A stretch of 64,000 nucleotides of DNA, from positions 97,656 to 161,655 of the forward strand of contig CAZTJN010000001.1 in NCBI GenBank assembly GCA_964613955.1. The letters run 5' to 3'. The stretch is from an uncultured archaeon. Lineage in GTDB: Archaea; Aenigmatarchaeota; Aenigmatarchaeia; QMZP01; QMZT01. The notes beneath the pieces are model-generated. The model saw nothing but the letters and a program-made list of their open reading frames with translations. It was not told the DNA's origin and ran no database searches. Positions within the stretch are counted from its first letter, which is position 1. Every line of letters starts with the position of its first letter. The position numbers and the translations under genes were made by a program. This document shows positions 9,457 to 18,311 of the stretch, one piece after another.

Positions 9457-10047
9457 TCAAAGAGTGCATCCAGTCGTGCTCTCAATCCAGTCCAGTGATT
9501 TCAGGCCTGTGTATATTTTGTTGTCGTAAACGATGGATGGTACCTCTTTCACCCCCAGCTGTTCGCATGCCTGCAGGTTCGCTCCTGTGCAGTCCACGTA
9601 AACCTTGTTGGCATAGTTTCCTATTGCCAGCAACTGCTGCAGCGTATTGGGTTCGCTCTTTTGACCAAGAACGATGAACCCTTTTGAGCGCAGACATTCA
9701 GCGAACTTCTTCTCTTTCTCGAGCCTAGCGAGGGTTCCGGAAACCTCCATTATGTTCTCTGAGAGAAACCTTCCGTCTTTCGTTGCGTAGAGCTCCTTTA
9801 TAACATCCCCGTCTCTCAGTTTCAACCTTACCAAAAGCTTGTAGACATACCCCTCGTCCTTGACGTTGAGAACCTCCACATCACTTTCCGTTAACATTTT
9901 GTAAACATTTTCCACGCTGTCCACAACCTGTTTTTGTGACCCGAGCGTGATAGTGTTCTGCAGAAGCATAAATGCGAGTATGATGACCAGAACCAATATT
10001 ATCCCTATGTAGACCAAATCCTTTTTCACAATCTTCTTTGGGGCCAT
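9457..10047 (-). CDS. Membrane-anchored thioredoxin/glutaredoxin-fold-like protein (putative)
   Basis: N-terminal TM helix 'LVYIGIILVLVIILAFMLL'. C-terminal 'GVKEVPSIVYDNKIYTG' resembles the cis-Pro/GG region of glutaredoxin/thioredoxin folds, and cysteines lie in 'FAECL' and 'VYVDCTGANLQAC'. There is no canonical CxxC motif, hence the low confidence. Confidence 0.35.
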   Translation of the reverse strand: MAPKKIVKKDLVYIGIILVLVIILAFMLLQNTITLGSQKQVVDSVENVYKMLTESDVEVLNVKDEGYVYKLLVRLKLRDGDVIKELYATKDGRFLSENIMEVSGTLARLEKEKKFAECLRSKGFIVLGQKSEPNTLQQLLAIGNYANKVYVDCTGANLQACEQLGVKEVPSIVYDNKIYTGLKSLDWIESTTGCTL

Positions 10048-10128
10048 ACAATAGAAATGGAAGCAGGATATAAAAAATTATAGTGGAGAGGGTGAAAAAG
10101 AAGGAAAAGGCACGGCGGAAATCCCTTC

Positions 10129-12666
10129 TTAGCCTAACCTTATGATAACGTCCCCGCCGTCGCTCTGCAGCCGCAGGTCGCTGGAGTCCCTGCATATATC
10201 AACTCCTGATCCGCAACCGCCGTTTGCGTCAAGGTTGATATCCCCGCCGCTCACCGTCAGGTCACCATCCATCTGCACATTTCCGTTGTCCAGATCAACA
10301 TTTGCCCTGTCCGTTCCGCTGCCAGTGAATTCAATTGTGTTCGCTCCCGTGTCCCAGTAGATGCCCCAGTTGGTCGCTGTTTTAAGCCAGAAGGCGCTCG
10401 CATCGTTGAAATTCACGCCGCCATTGTTGTTGTTAATGCTCACATCACCTCCGTTTACTGTCAGGTCAGCAGCGAGCGTCAAACCCCCGCCTGTTGTGAA
10501 GTCAGTTCCTCCATTTCCAATGTTCGTTATCAGGTTGTTGTTCATGTCTATGTCCTGGCTCATTTGGTTTTGTCCTCCGGAAAGATGAAGTGAGAATGGG
10601 TCTGATTCACTCCCCAAACCAGAATCTGCCGCGCAGTACCAGTACGAACCAGTCGATTCCCACTTGAGTATCTGTCCGTCAGAACAACTCTGGTTCAGAA
10701 CAACCGTGTCCGAGCTTATCTCTATGCCGTTCCCTGTCTTCACATAAAGCGCACCAGAACTCAGCCCTAAACCATTTCCTGCAACACTCGAATCCAGCTC
10801 TGTCCCTGTTGCAGTCACAGCACCCGAATCAAGCTCATCAGCACCTACAGCACCCGTGCTTATATCATCCGAGCCAACCTCGTTCCCACCGTCATTGATA
10901 AATCTCGTATCTGCCTGACTCCTCGTAAGCAAGTCATTCGCATTGTCGTTGTTCAGATAACCTTCAGCAGACAAATCAGAATACGCGCTGTACCTGCCCG
11001 TGCTCAGGGTCCCGGATGTTATGTTGGATGCATCATGCGTGTGCGTGTCGGCAAGGCTTGACTTGGCAATCCATGTGGGGTCTGCGCCCGAACCCTGGCT
11101 TTCCAGCACGTCACCGCTGTTCCCTGCAGCCAAATCATTTATCGTGCTCGCTCCTGTCCAGTAAGCCAGCCTGTGGTTCGTCCCGGTTCCTGACACTGAA
11201 CCGCCAGAGTTCTCATCAGCAGCACAGTACCAGTACGACCCTGTCGATTCCCACTTAAGTATCTCCCCGTCCGAACAGCTCTGGTTCAGAACAACCGTAT
11301 CCGAACTTATCTCTATGCCGTTACCGACGTTCACCGACAAGGCAGAACTTCCTCCTCCTCCGAGCCCTGCGCCGGCGTAAGCCGAGCTGAGCGCGTCGCT
11401 GGTCAGGTCAACCGAGTTCGCAGCCAGGTCCGTATTTCCCACACAGTCCGTGCACCCTGACTGCCATTCTGCTATGCTTTCTACTGCGTCTTGGGTTGCC
11501 GTGTAAGTTTCGCTCCCGCATGATATCGCTCCTCCGTCAGCAATGCTCTGCACGAAGTTCGCTCCTGAACAACTTCCTGTTACATCCTCCTGATACTTTG
11601 CCGAAAGCGTGGAGCCTCCCTCATAAATCGTACCGGTCGCGTTTATGTCACCCACAACATCCAGTTCCTGCTGTGGAGTTGCCGTCCCGATGCCGACGTT
11701 CGCGTTCAGTATGTTAACCTCGTCCGTTGCTTGGTTGTCAAACTCTATCCTCCCTGCAGATGAGCCAAGGCCAATCCAGTCATCGTCCGTCACAGTAAGC
11801 GAAGTCTGGACCGTCGGCGTTGTCAGTGTCGGCGAGGTCGAGAAAACCACATTCCCTGTTCCAGTCCTTGCCGTGTAGTTAGCAGTCCACCTCGGGTCGC
11901 TCTCGCTCCCCAAACCAGAATCTGCCGCACAGTACCAGTACGACCCTGTCGATTCCCACTTAAGTATCTGTCCATCAGAACAGCTCTGGTTCAGAACAAC
12001 CGTGTCCGAACTTATCTCTATGCCGTTCCCTGTCTTTACACTCAGTATACCCTGCGAGTATCCAAGACCATTCCCAGCGGACGTGCTCGAAAGGTTCACT
12101 CTTGGTTGCGGACCGGCAGAATTCGTGACAGTTATTCCCCATCCGGCAAGCACATCCGTGACATCTCCGGTCCCAACTCCCATATTACTCAGACACTTCC
12201 CGCCTTGTATACACAAGTCAGTTGTGGAGTTTATTGTGCCTGTAGCGTTTATGTTACCGACCACGTCCAGCTCTTGATATGGAGTTTCTGTTCCTATGCC
12301 TATTTTTCCGCTTATCGAATCCACATACAGCGTATCCGTGTTCACTATAAGGAAGCTGTTGATTGTCAGATTGTTAGGGAACACGTAATTTCCGGACTCG
12401 AACGTTCCTGCCGATATCGAGGACGCCGGATGGCCCGGATTGGCAGGGGAGGCGTGAACTGTTGTCACCAGGGAGGTGAAACAAGTGATCAAAACAATCG
12501 ATAGAGCTACCGCTAAGCAAGGTCGCGTTCTGGGCTTCGCCATTTTACCCAAACCGACTAATGTCGAGCCGATTTTCCTGGAGTTACTAACGAAGGTATA
12601 TGCGTTCCTTAACGAACGCAGGGCCACCTCCAGTATGGCGAAGATTACGGTTGCAAACCAGTTCAT
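10129..12666 (-). CDS. Secreted Gly/Ser/Thr-rich repeat protein, 845 aa, with three near-identical 45-65 aa internal repeats and a tail-fibre-like Gly/Asn/Asp-rich C-terminal region
   Basis: The more plausible start is the internal Met at 12543, giving signal peptide 'MAKPRTRPCLAVALSIVLITCFTSLVTTVHA'. The repeat 'GNGIEISSDTVVLNQSCSDG(Q/E)ILKWESTGSYWYCAAD' occurs three times. No C-terminal anchor. Confidence 0.7.
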   Translation of the reverse strand: MNWFATVIFAILEVALRSLRNAYTFVSNSRKIGSTLVGLGKMAKPRTRPCLAVALSIVLITCFTSLVTTVHASPANPGHPASSISAGTFESGNYVFPNNLTINSFLIVNTDTLYVDSISGKIGIGTETPYQELDVVGNINATGTINSTTDLCIQGGKCLSNMGVGTGDVTDVLAGWGITVTNSAGPQPRVNLSSTSAGNGLGYSQGILSVKTGNGIEISSDTVVLNQSCSDGQILKWESTGSYWYCAADSGLGSESDPRWTANYTARTGTGNVVFSTSPTLTTPTVQTSLTVTDDDWIGLGSSAGRIEFDNQATDEVNILNANVGIGTATPQQELDVVGDINATGTIYEGGSTLSAKYQEDVTGSCSGANFVQSIADGGAISCGSETYTATQDAVESIAEWQSGCTDCVGNTDLAANSVDLTSDALSSAYAGAGLGGGGSSALSVNVGNGIEISSDTVVLNQSCSDGEILKWESTGSYWYCAADENSGGSVSGTGTNHRLAYWTGASTINDLAAGNSGDVLESQGSGADPTWIAKSSLADTHTHDASNITSGTLSTGRYSAYSDLSAEGYLNNDNANDLLTRSQADTRFINDGGNEVGSDDISTGAVGADELDSGAVTATGTELDSSVAGNGLGLSSGALYVKTGNGIEISSDTVVLNQSCSDGQILKWESTGSYWYCAADSGLGSESDPFSLHLSGGQNQMSQDIDMNNNLITNIGNGGTDFTTGGGLTLAADLTVNGGDVSINNNNGGVNFNDASAFWLKTATNWGIYWDTGANTIEFTGSGTDRANVDLDNGNVQMDGDLTVSGGDINLDANGGCGSGVDICRDSSDLRLQSDGGDVIIRLG
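10607..10800 (-). repeat. Intragenic DNA repeat copy (encodes protein repeat 3)
   Basis: About 135 bp core '...cagtaccagtacgaaccagtcgattcccacttgagtatctgtccgtcagaacaactctggttcagaacaaccgtgtccgagcttatctctatgccgttccctgtcttcac', nearly identical to the copies at 11216-11340 and 11906-12095. Confidence 0.8.
11216..11340 (-). repeat. Intragenic DNA repeat copy (encodes protein repeat 2)
   Basis: Near-identical to the cores of the 10607 and 11906 copies. A few substitutions, for example Q->E. Confidence 0.8.
11906..12095 (-). repeat. Intragenic DNA repeat copy (encodes protein repeat 1)
   Basis: Shares the 'tccccaaaccagaatctgccgc...' leader and the core with the copy at 10607-10800. Confidence 0.8.
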
Positions 12667-12712
12667 TTTTCTTCACCTCCCTTTTGTGACTTATTGGTCA
12701 CCATGATAACAC

Positions 12713-15700
12713 CTAAAAGTCCGAATTGTAATGCAAAACCCCCTTGAAGTACATGTTTCCTGTCGCAGAGTCTATGTATCCAACAACATTACCTCCCGAG
12801 TCCTGAACTATGAAATCATCATTTCCTGACGGAGTTGGACTGCCATTCTTGTAGAAATACCCCTTTGCAGCTAGGTTACCGGAACTGTCTATATACAGCA
12901 TCACACTCCCTCCCGAGTCCTTTAAGATAAAGCTGTTTGCAGGTGGGGACAGGGATGACTGCGCAGGTGAATAGCTTCCTTTCACATCCACGTACCCAAA
13001 TTTATCAAACCTGGCCTTCACAGAACCAGTTGAGTTTTGTATGAGCAAACATTTGTTCGTTGCATCGCATGTCGTTCCATGACCTCCGTCAATAGAATCA
13101 TCATTAACAACAAGCACGCTTGAATTCTTTGTGATTCCATCATCCACGCCATCGCTTGGCGTGACCTCGCATCTCCACTGATCGCCTATGTCGGTCTCCT
13201 GGCTGACCATGGTGGATTTATAGGAATAGCCGTCCTTGCTGTCCTGGTAAAGAGCATTAACCTGCTCAGGTGAAAGCGAGTAATTATATATGCGGACCTG
13301 ATCGATTGAGCCGTTGAAATAATTCTGTGCTACACCAATCTGCATGTCACTAGTGCCCTGCCAGTTAATTCCTGATGAGTTTGTCAGGTTATCAAGTTCT
13401 TGACCATTCACATAGAGCCTAGCGATTTGACCATCATAAGTGAATGCGACATGAACAAACTCATTAATAGGAAACTTATAAGATGAACCCCAAAGACTCT
13501 GCGGGGTTGAGCCTCCAAAGTTAATCTGAACCCGAGGATAATTATTATAATCCAGTAGTCTCCACCCACTAGAGTAACCATCCCCTTTCGCACTTTTAAC
13601 AATCCCATTCCAACCTGTTACGGATGTATTTTCATACGTTTTAACCCATAAGGATAGTGTAATATTTTCTGGAGCCAAGGAAATATCATTACCTACATCG
13701 ACATAGGCATTCACACCATCAAACTCGTAAGCCCCGCCAACCTTCCCGGAGGATGTCCAATTTGGTCCGTACAGTATGCCATTATTGGCATAACCCGAAT
13801 AATCCTTGGTTCCATTCGTGACCTTCGTATCAAACGGCATATTCAGAACCATTATTGATTTGTTGTTCTTGTACCAGTTGTAAATGTTTGTGACAGAATC
13901 CCCATCTTCATCATAAGTCGACTGATTCCAGCACGTTATGTTGTCACTGGTCATATTGTAACCGGATGTGCTGTTAATGAGCGGGTCTGAATGAGTGGGT
14001 TTTGCATTTACCTGGCAGGTTAGACTGCAGGAAATCGTGGCGTTACTGAACCCCGGCGGGTGCTCGTCGCACTGCGGGGAAGCGCCGCATTTCTGTTCGC
14101 AAAGATCATTTCCTGTCGCCCCCTCCCTCTGCGTCTTGTTGTTCGTCCAGCACCTCACGCACTTTCCATCCTCATCATCCTTGCCCGGATACTCGCTCGT
14201 TGTCCCTCCAGTCGGGCAGCAGTCAGAGTCCGCTATTGCAGAATAGCTCATCGGAACGCAAAGGGTCTGTGTGGTTGTGCAGGAACCTTCATTGCTGTTC
14301 GGATCCTCTGTGTCATTAATCTGGCCAGACCCGCACTCTTCTTCTCCTATCTCTAGGTAATATGTGGTCTCATCGTCAGGTTTTGTTGCGAATTCAGACC
14401 AGTCCATTGTTATTTCATAGTAATCCCCGTAAGTCCCTTCGTTTGAATCCGTGTCGTTGCACCAGTTCCTTAGGCCAGTGTCATAAAAGCATCCGTTTGT
14501 TCCGTAATTACAAGCCCCTGTTCCCGAGCCATCATCATCTATTCTCCATCTGTGGTGTCCTGAATTTGAATAGGTATCAGGAGTTTCGTCTGCCACATCC
14601 CATCTTATGGTCAACGTTTTGAACTGATCCGAACTGCCCGACTGGGTAAGATAACACTGGCCTATGTGTGGCCCGTTCCATGACTGGTTCAAGCACTGAT
14701 ATCCCTGATCCTGATTACTTGGACCATTTCCGTGGTCATTCCATATGGCATTTCCAACACAGCTTTCTTTGTCGTAGGTAGTTCCGGCCTCGCCCGAACC
14801 GTACGGATATTCAGTTCCTATGCCATCACAGTCGTCAGGTGTCAGGGGTTGACCTATCTGCTGCTTCCACGTGTTCGCTCCAGTTCCAGCACCGTCACAG
14901 TAGTAACCCACGCGTCTCGTGCACGAACTGTCTTGAGTGGCGACTCCTCCCAGATTCCCGTTACATCCGTAAATTTCCCCGTCGATGCACAAGTACTGGT
15001 TGCTCGAATCCGTGGTTCCATTTGTAACGGTCTCGCCGTTTATGCAGCAACTGTTGCCAGAACCTGAATTTTCGAAATCATCATTTGCTCCATCATCCCC
15101 GCAGCACTTGGAGTAAGAGCCTGTCCCACTGGAAAGCCAAGTATTCCCATCTAGTTCACAAGATGTTTGGTCACTATCCTGGGCATACCATAATGAAGAC
15201 AGGCAAACCTCATTGTCTGAACCATCACCACCACCTGTGTCTCTTATAGTTCCGTTGTCATAACAGCCATCCTGATTTGTTGTGTTACTTCCTGGTAGAG
15301 AGTCATCTACACAGTCAGTGGAATTCGGACAACAGCCTATACTTCCTGTCCCATCAGCACCACTACCTGCCTCGGAAATGTAGTAGCCGTACAACACATA
15401 GCCAAAACCTGTATCCCATTCCCTTATTTCAAGCTGATGGAAGTTTGCGGTGTCAGACGCATTATATATGTAATTATATCTCCATTCGTCATTTCCGCTG
15501 GCGGGAGTCGAACTGTTCACATTTGTGTTATGCTCGGTTGTGGTTACAATAGCATTCACATTCCCATCGGCATCATATACATTATACCTCAAACAAAGGT
15601 CTCCATCCGGGTTGCTTGGAGTTGTGTAACCATGGTCACCGCATTTCCCGTTACCTGAAGAATCACCGCTCCAGTAAGCACCTTGGGAATAATTGATGGT

Positions 15701-17932
15701 CATTAACACCCCCAAAGACAAACTTTCAACATCCCTGCACTGGTAAGTGTAAGAACAGCTGCCTTGATTATTATTGATCTGTTCTGAAACACAAATCTTA
15801 TTTGAGCCGCACTCTGAATCAGTGTCACAGCATGGGTTTCCATCTCTGCAACTCTGATAACTAAGGCACTCGGATGTTGTGCAGGCAGTACAAGACCCTC
15901 CAATACAATAGTTGTTACTGCCACAGTTATTGGTGTTCCAGTCACCTGAATTACAAATCCATGAATAGGCATCATCAGAAGAACTTCCATTGTCATAACA
16001 ATCAGGGGCATTCGCACCATTGGTGTATGCACTACCATCATGCATACAATTCCCGGCATTGGCACACCAGCATTCATCTCCGGAATCACAATTACCGTCA
16101 GCATTGCTACTTCCGTCATAGTCATCCCTACAGTATCCGGAAGAACAGACTCCATTTGATTCAGAAGAACTGTCTGTGTTTGTCACAGAGAAATCACAAG
16201 TCCCTCCCTGTGATTTTTGAGCTTGGCATAATGTAGAAGCATTACAGAAGAAACCTGACGGGCAATCGCTGTTCTGTGTACAAGCCAATGTGCAGTCATT
16301 AGAAGAAGTATTGCAGTGATATCCTGAAGCCGTGTCACACTGTGAATCAGTATTGCAATCATACCATGTCCCTGCGTTACAGTAATCGCTGTCCCCGTCG
16401 TTGTCTACATCCTTATTCGTATCGCCGTTGGATGCGTAGCAGTTCCCGCCTTGATCCGCAGGGTTATAACAATCTTGCATTGCTTCATCCCAATCGTTAT
16501 CAAATGGACACCCATCTGTTGGAATACAGACATCCCAACTATCGCAGGTGTTGCAGATACAACCATCCGCATTATCGCACACGCCTGCTCCTGCTGTCCC
16601 TGCGTATTCTGTGTCCTGCATGCAGTTCCCTGAAACACATGCAGTTTCTAGGTCGCAGTCGGAATACCCGTTGTATCTTTTGTAAATGCAGTCATTGCTT
16701 GTGCAGGCTTCACTGCAGTCTGTGCTGCCATAGCATGCATCACTGGTTTCTCCCTCTGCATACTCACCTGCCGGATCGCAGTGGCTCGTGTCTGTGCAGT
16801 CTATCCATGTACTTGATGAACATACGTCATCGTCTCCGTTGCTATCAACATCTTTTGTCCCGGAAGTTGCATAGCACGTGTCAGCATCAACGCAATCCGT
16901 CGAAGGATTGCAGCAGGCATCTGTGGATGCTGGTGGGTTTTCAATAGATGCTCCATAAGAACCAGTCAAGTAATTCTCCCCGCTGTCATCCCCACAACAA
17001 TTTGCGCTCGTTCCTGTATCGAAACCGAAACCCCGCGTTGGACCCCAGCAACTCCCTCCGCTACAACCTGTTGTTCCTTGTTTACAATTACACCAATTCT
17101 CATCTGTATCCCAGTTCACGGTATAAAGGCTGGGAAGAGTTGTGTTAATGGTCTCGTTTTCATAGGCCGAGCATGTCTGGTCACCACCGGCTGCATATGC
17201 TGTTACGTTCGCTACGTATGTCCCTTCTGTCGGGCAGAATGTGTAACCCAAATCATAAGTCCACGTTTCGTTCACCACGTAAGGGCTGCTGCTACATGAT
17301 CCTTCAGAGCTTTGGTACGTCATCCCGTGGGGTCCAGAGTCGCCACCGCCCGAAGGGGCAGTCACGGTTACCCACATCTGGCTTACGTCACAGCAATGAC
17401 ATGGAGAAACATCCGTCCCCGTGCAGTCAGCCCAGTTCTCAGCGTATGCATCTTCCCCTAGGAACGAAAATTTCAGATAGTGATGGCCTGTTTCGAGAAT
17501 TCTCAGAACAAGCCTCGCTTTTTCGCTACACTCCCAGTCTCTCGCGATAATTTTTCCATTGGACACGCCTTCAAAAAATTCATTCTTACCGCTGTCAGAA
17601 AAATATTTTTCAGCCTTAACCTCTCGGTTTCCGCACTGAAGCCTGATGAATTCGATGCTCTTCCCGAAATACGTTTTTTCATATGCCTGTATTTCAAGGT
17701 CTCCCTTCCCCTCTGTCTCGAAATTCACTACCCACCGGCCCCATAAAGTGGGACTGGAAACAGGGTTGAGGATTTTTATATGTGTGCTTCCGGAGGGAAG
17801 TTCGGGTTTGGGGAATATCATGTTGAGAAGCATTTCCAGAATAGTCGTCTGCTCCGCTTTTACCCCTATCGGAAAGACTGACAAGACCAGGCAAACTGTC
17901 AGCACCACCGATACCACGACCTTCCTATTCAT
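12713..17932 (-). CDS. Giant secreted Cys/Asp/Gly-rich protein (1739 aa) with C-terminal LamG/concanavalin-A-like lectin domain
   Basis: Signal peptide 'MNRKVVVSVVLTVCLVLSVFPIGVKA'. Hundreds of Cys in 'C..D.D.DG' type calcium-binding-like motifs, with internal repeats such as 'DVDSNGDDDVCSSSTWIDCTDTSHCD' and 'DVDNDGDSDYCNAGTWYDCNTDSQCD'. C-terminal region '...YEFDGVNAYVDVGNDISLAPENITLSLWVKT...GWRLL...FVHVAFTYDGQIARLYVNGQ...' matches the LamG_3 laminin-G/ConA fold signature. Confidence 0.8.
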   Translation of the reverse strand: MNRKVVVSVVLTVCLVLSVFPIGVKAEQTTILEMLLNMIFPKPELPSGSTHIKILNPVSSPTLWGRWVVNFETEGKGDLEIQAYEKTYFGKSIEFIRLQCGNREVKAEKYFSDSGKNEFFEGVSNGKIIARDWECSEKARLVLRILETGHHYLKFSFLGEDAYAENWADCTGTDVSPCHCCDVSQMWVTVTAPSGGGDSGPHGMTYQSSEGSCSSSPYVVNETWTYDLGYTFCPTEGTYVANVTAYAAGGDQTCSAYENETINTTLPSLYTVNWDTDENWCNCKQGTTGCSGGSCWGPTRGFGFDTGTSANCCGDDSGENYLTGSYGASIENPPASTDACCNPSTDCVDADTCYATSGTKDVDSNGDDDVCSSSTWIDCTDTSHCDPAGEYAEGETSDACYGSTDCSEACTSNDCIYKRYNGYSDCDLETACVSGNCMQDTEYAGTAGAGVCDNADGCICNTCDSWDVCIPTDGCPFDNDWDEAMQDCYNPADQGGNCYASNGDTNKDVDNDGDSDYCNAGTWYDCNTDSQCDTASGYHCNTSSNDCTLACTQNSDCPSGFFCNASTLCQAQKSQGGTCDFSVTNTDSSSESNGVCSSGYCRDDYDGSSNADGNCDSGDECWCANAGNCMHDGSAYTNGANAPDCYDNGSSSDDAYSWICNSGDWNTNNCGSNNYCIGGSCTACTTSECLSYQSCRDGNPCCDTDSECGSNKICVSEQINNNQGSCSYTYQCRDVESLSLGVLMTINYSQGAYWSGDSSGNGKCGDHGYTTPSNPDGDLCLRYNVYDADGNVNAIVTTTEHNTNVNSSTPASGNDEWRYNYIYNASDTANFHQLEIREWDTGFGYVLYGYYISEAGSGADGTGSIGCCPNSTDCVDDSLPGSNTTNQDGCYDNGTIRDTGGGDGSDNEVCLSSLWYAQDSDQTSCELDGNTWLSSGTGSYSKCCGDDGANDDFENSGSGNSCCINGETVTNGTTDSSNQYLCIDGEIYGCNGNLGGVATQDSSCTRRVGYYCDGAGTGANTWKQQIGQPLTPDDCDGIGTEYPYGSGEAGTTYDKESCVGNAIWNDHGNGPSNQDQGYQCLNQSWNGPHIGQCYLTQSGSSDQFKTLTIRWDVADETPDTYSNSGHHRWRIDDDGSGTGACNYGTNGCFYDTGLRNWCNDTDSNEGTYGDYYEITMDWSEFATKPDDETTYYLEIGEEECGSGQINDTEDPNSNEGSCTTTQTLCVPMSYSAIADSDCCPTGGTTSEYPGKDDEDGKCVRCWTNNKTQREGATGNDLCEQKCGASPQCDEHPPGFSNATISCSLTCQVNAKPTHSDPLINSTSGYNMTSDNITCWNQSTYDEDGDSVTNIYNWYKNNKSIMVLNMPFDTKVTNGTKDYSGYANNGILYGPNWTSSGKVGGAYEFDGVNAYVDVGNDISLAPENITLSLWVKTYENTSVTGWNGIVKSAKGDGYSSGWRLLDYNNYPRVQINFGGSTPQSLWGSSYKFPINEFVHVAFTYDGQIARLYVNGQELDNLTNSSGINWQGTSDMQIGVAQNYFNGSIDQVRIYNYSLSPEQVNALYQDSKDGYSYKSTMVSQETDIGDQWRCEVTPSDGVDDGITKNSSVLVVNDDSIDGGHGTTCDATNKCLLIQNSTGSVKARFDKFGYVDVKGSYSPAQSSLSPPANSFILKDSGGSVMLYIDSSGNLAAKGYFYKNGSPTPSGNDDFIVQDSGGNVVGYIDSATGNMYFKGVLHYNSDF

Positions 17933-18188
17933 TTCCGCCCTCCGTTAGGTAATTCCCGTTTACGAGTTTCGGGATCTCAAAGGCTTCCTGCTTTCTTGCA
18001 AACGAATAGAGCTTCGCTTTTCCCACGTCCCTCCTTTTCACATGACCCTTCGCCTCAAGAACCGCAAGATATTTGGAAGCCGTCACTCTGTGTATTCTCG
18101 CTTTCTCGGCTATCTCCAGAATAGTCAGAGAAATATCGGATTTTCTTAAAATGTCCAAAATCAGCTCCTCTAAAAAATCAGGACCCAT
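17925..18188 (-). CDS. Small winged helix-turn-helix transcriptional regulator (87 aa)
   Basis: 'LTILEIAEKARIHRVTASKYLAVLEAKGHVKRRDVGKAKLY' is the HTH recognition helix plus wing. Its 3' end overlaps the giant gene start by 8 bp, so the two are co-transcribed. Confidence 0.6.
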   Translation of the reverse strand: MGPDFLEELILDILRKSDISLTILEIAEKARIHRVTASKYLAVLEAKGHVKRRDVGKAKLYSFARKQEAFEIPKLVNGNYLTEGGNE

Positions 18189-18226
18189 CTACCCAACCCT
18201 TGGAAGGCAAAAAGCCTTAGACATCC

Positions 18227-18268
18227 ATGACTAACATTAATGTCAATTTTTTGACATTAATGACTAAC
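18227..18268. promoter_or_regulatory. Operator-like element: 22-bp perfect inverted repeat TAATGTCAA-TTTT-TTGACATTA flanked by direct repeats ATGACTAAC
   Basis: Located in the 123-bp divergent region between the wHTH regulator (start 18188, minus) and the Dpm1-like GT2 (plus). The palindrome spans 18238-18259 and the direct repeats are at 18227-18235 and 18260-18268. TATA-like AT tracts follow at 18275-18323. Confidence 0.45.
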
Positions 18269-18311
18269 ACCTAGTTTATTAATTATTGGAAAAGATTCTA
18301 TAAATTGTTTA

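Noticed and set aside
9881-10195. Minus-strand 104-aa Arg-rich ORF
   Set aside because: It overlaps both 9457-10047 and the 3' end of 10129-12666 in another frame, and looks like a spurious basic low-complexity translation.
13408-17948. Numerous 60-200-aa ORFs (several His-, Cys- or Arg-rich) overlapping the 1739-aa gene, mostly on the plus strand
   Set aside because: They are antisense or frame-shifted reflections of the highly biased Cys/Asp/Gly codon usage of the giant gene (for example His-rich 15874-16236 and 16342-16947). They lack starts with promoter context and have no domain signatures.
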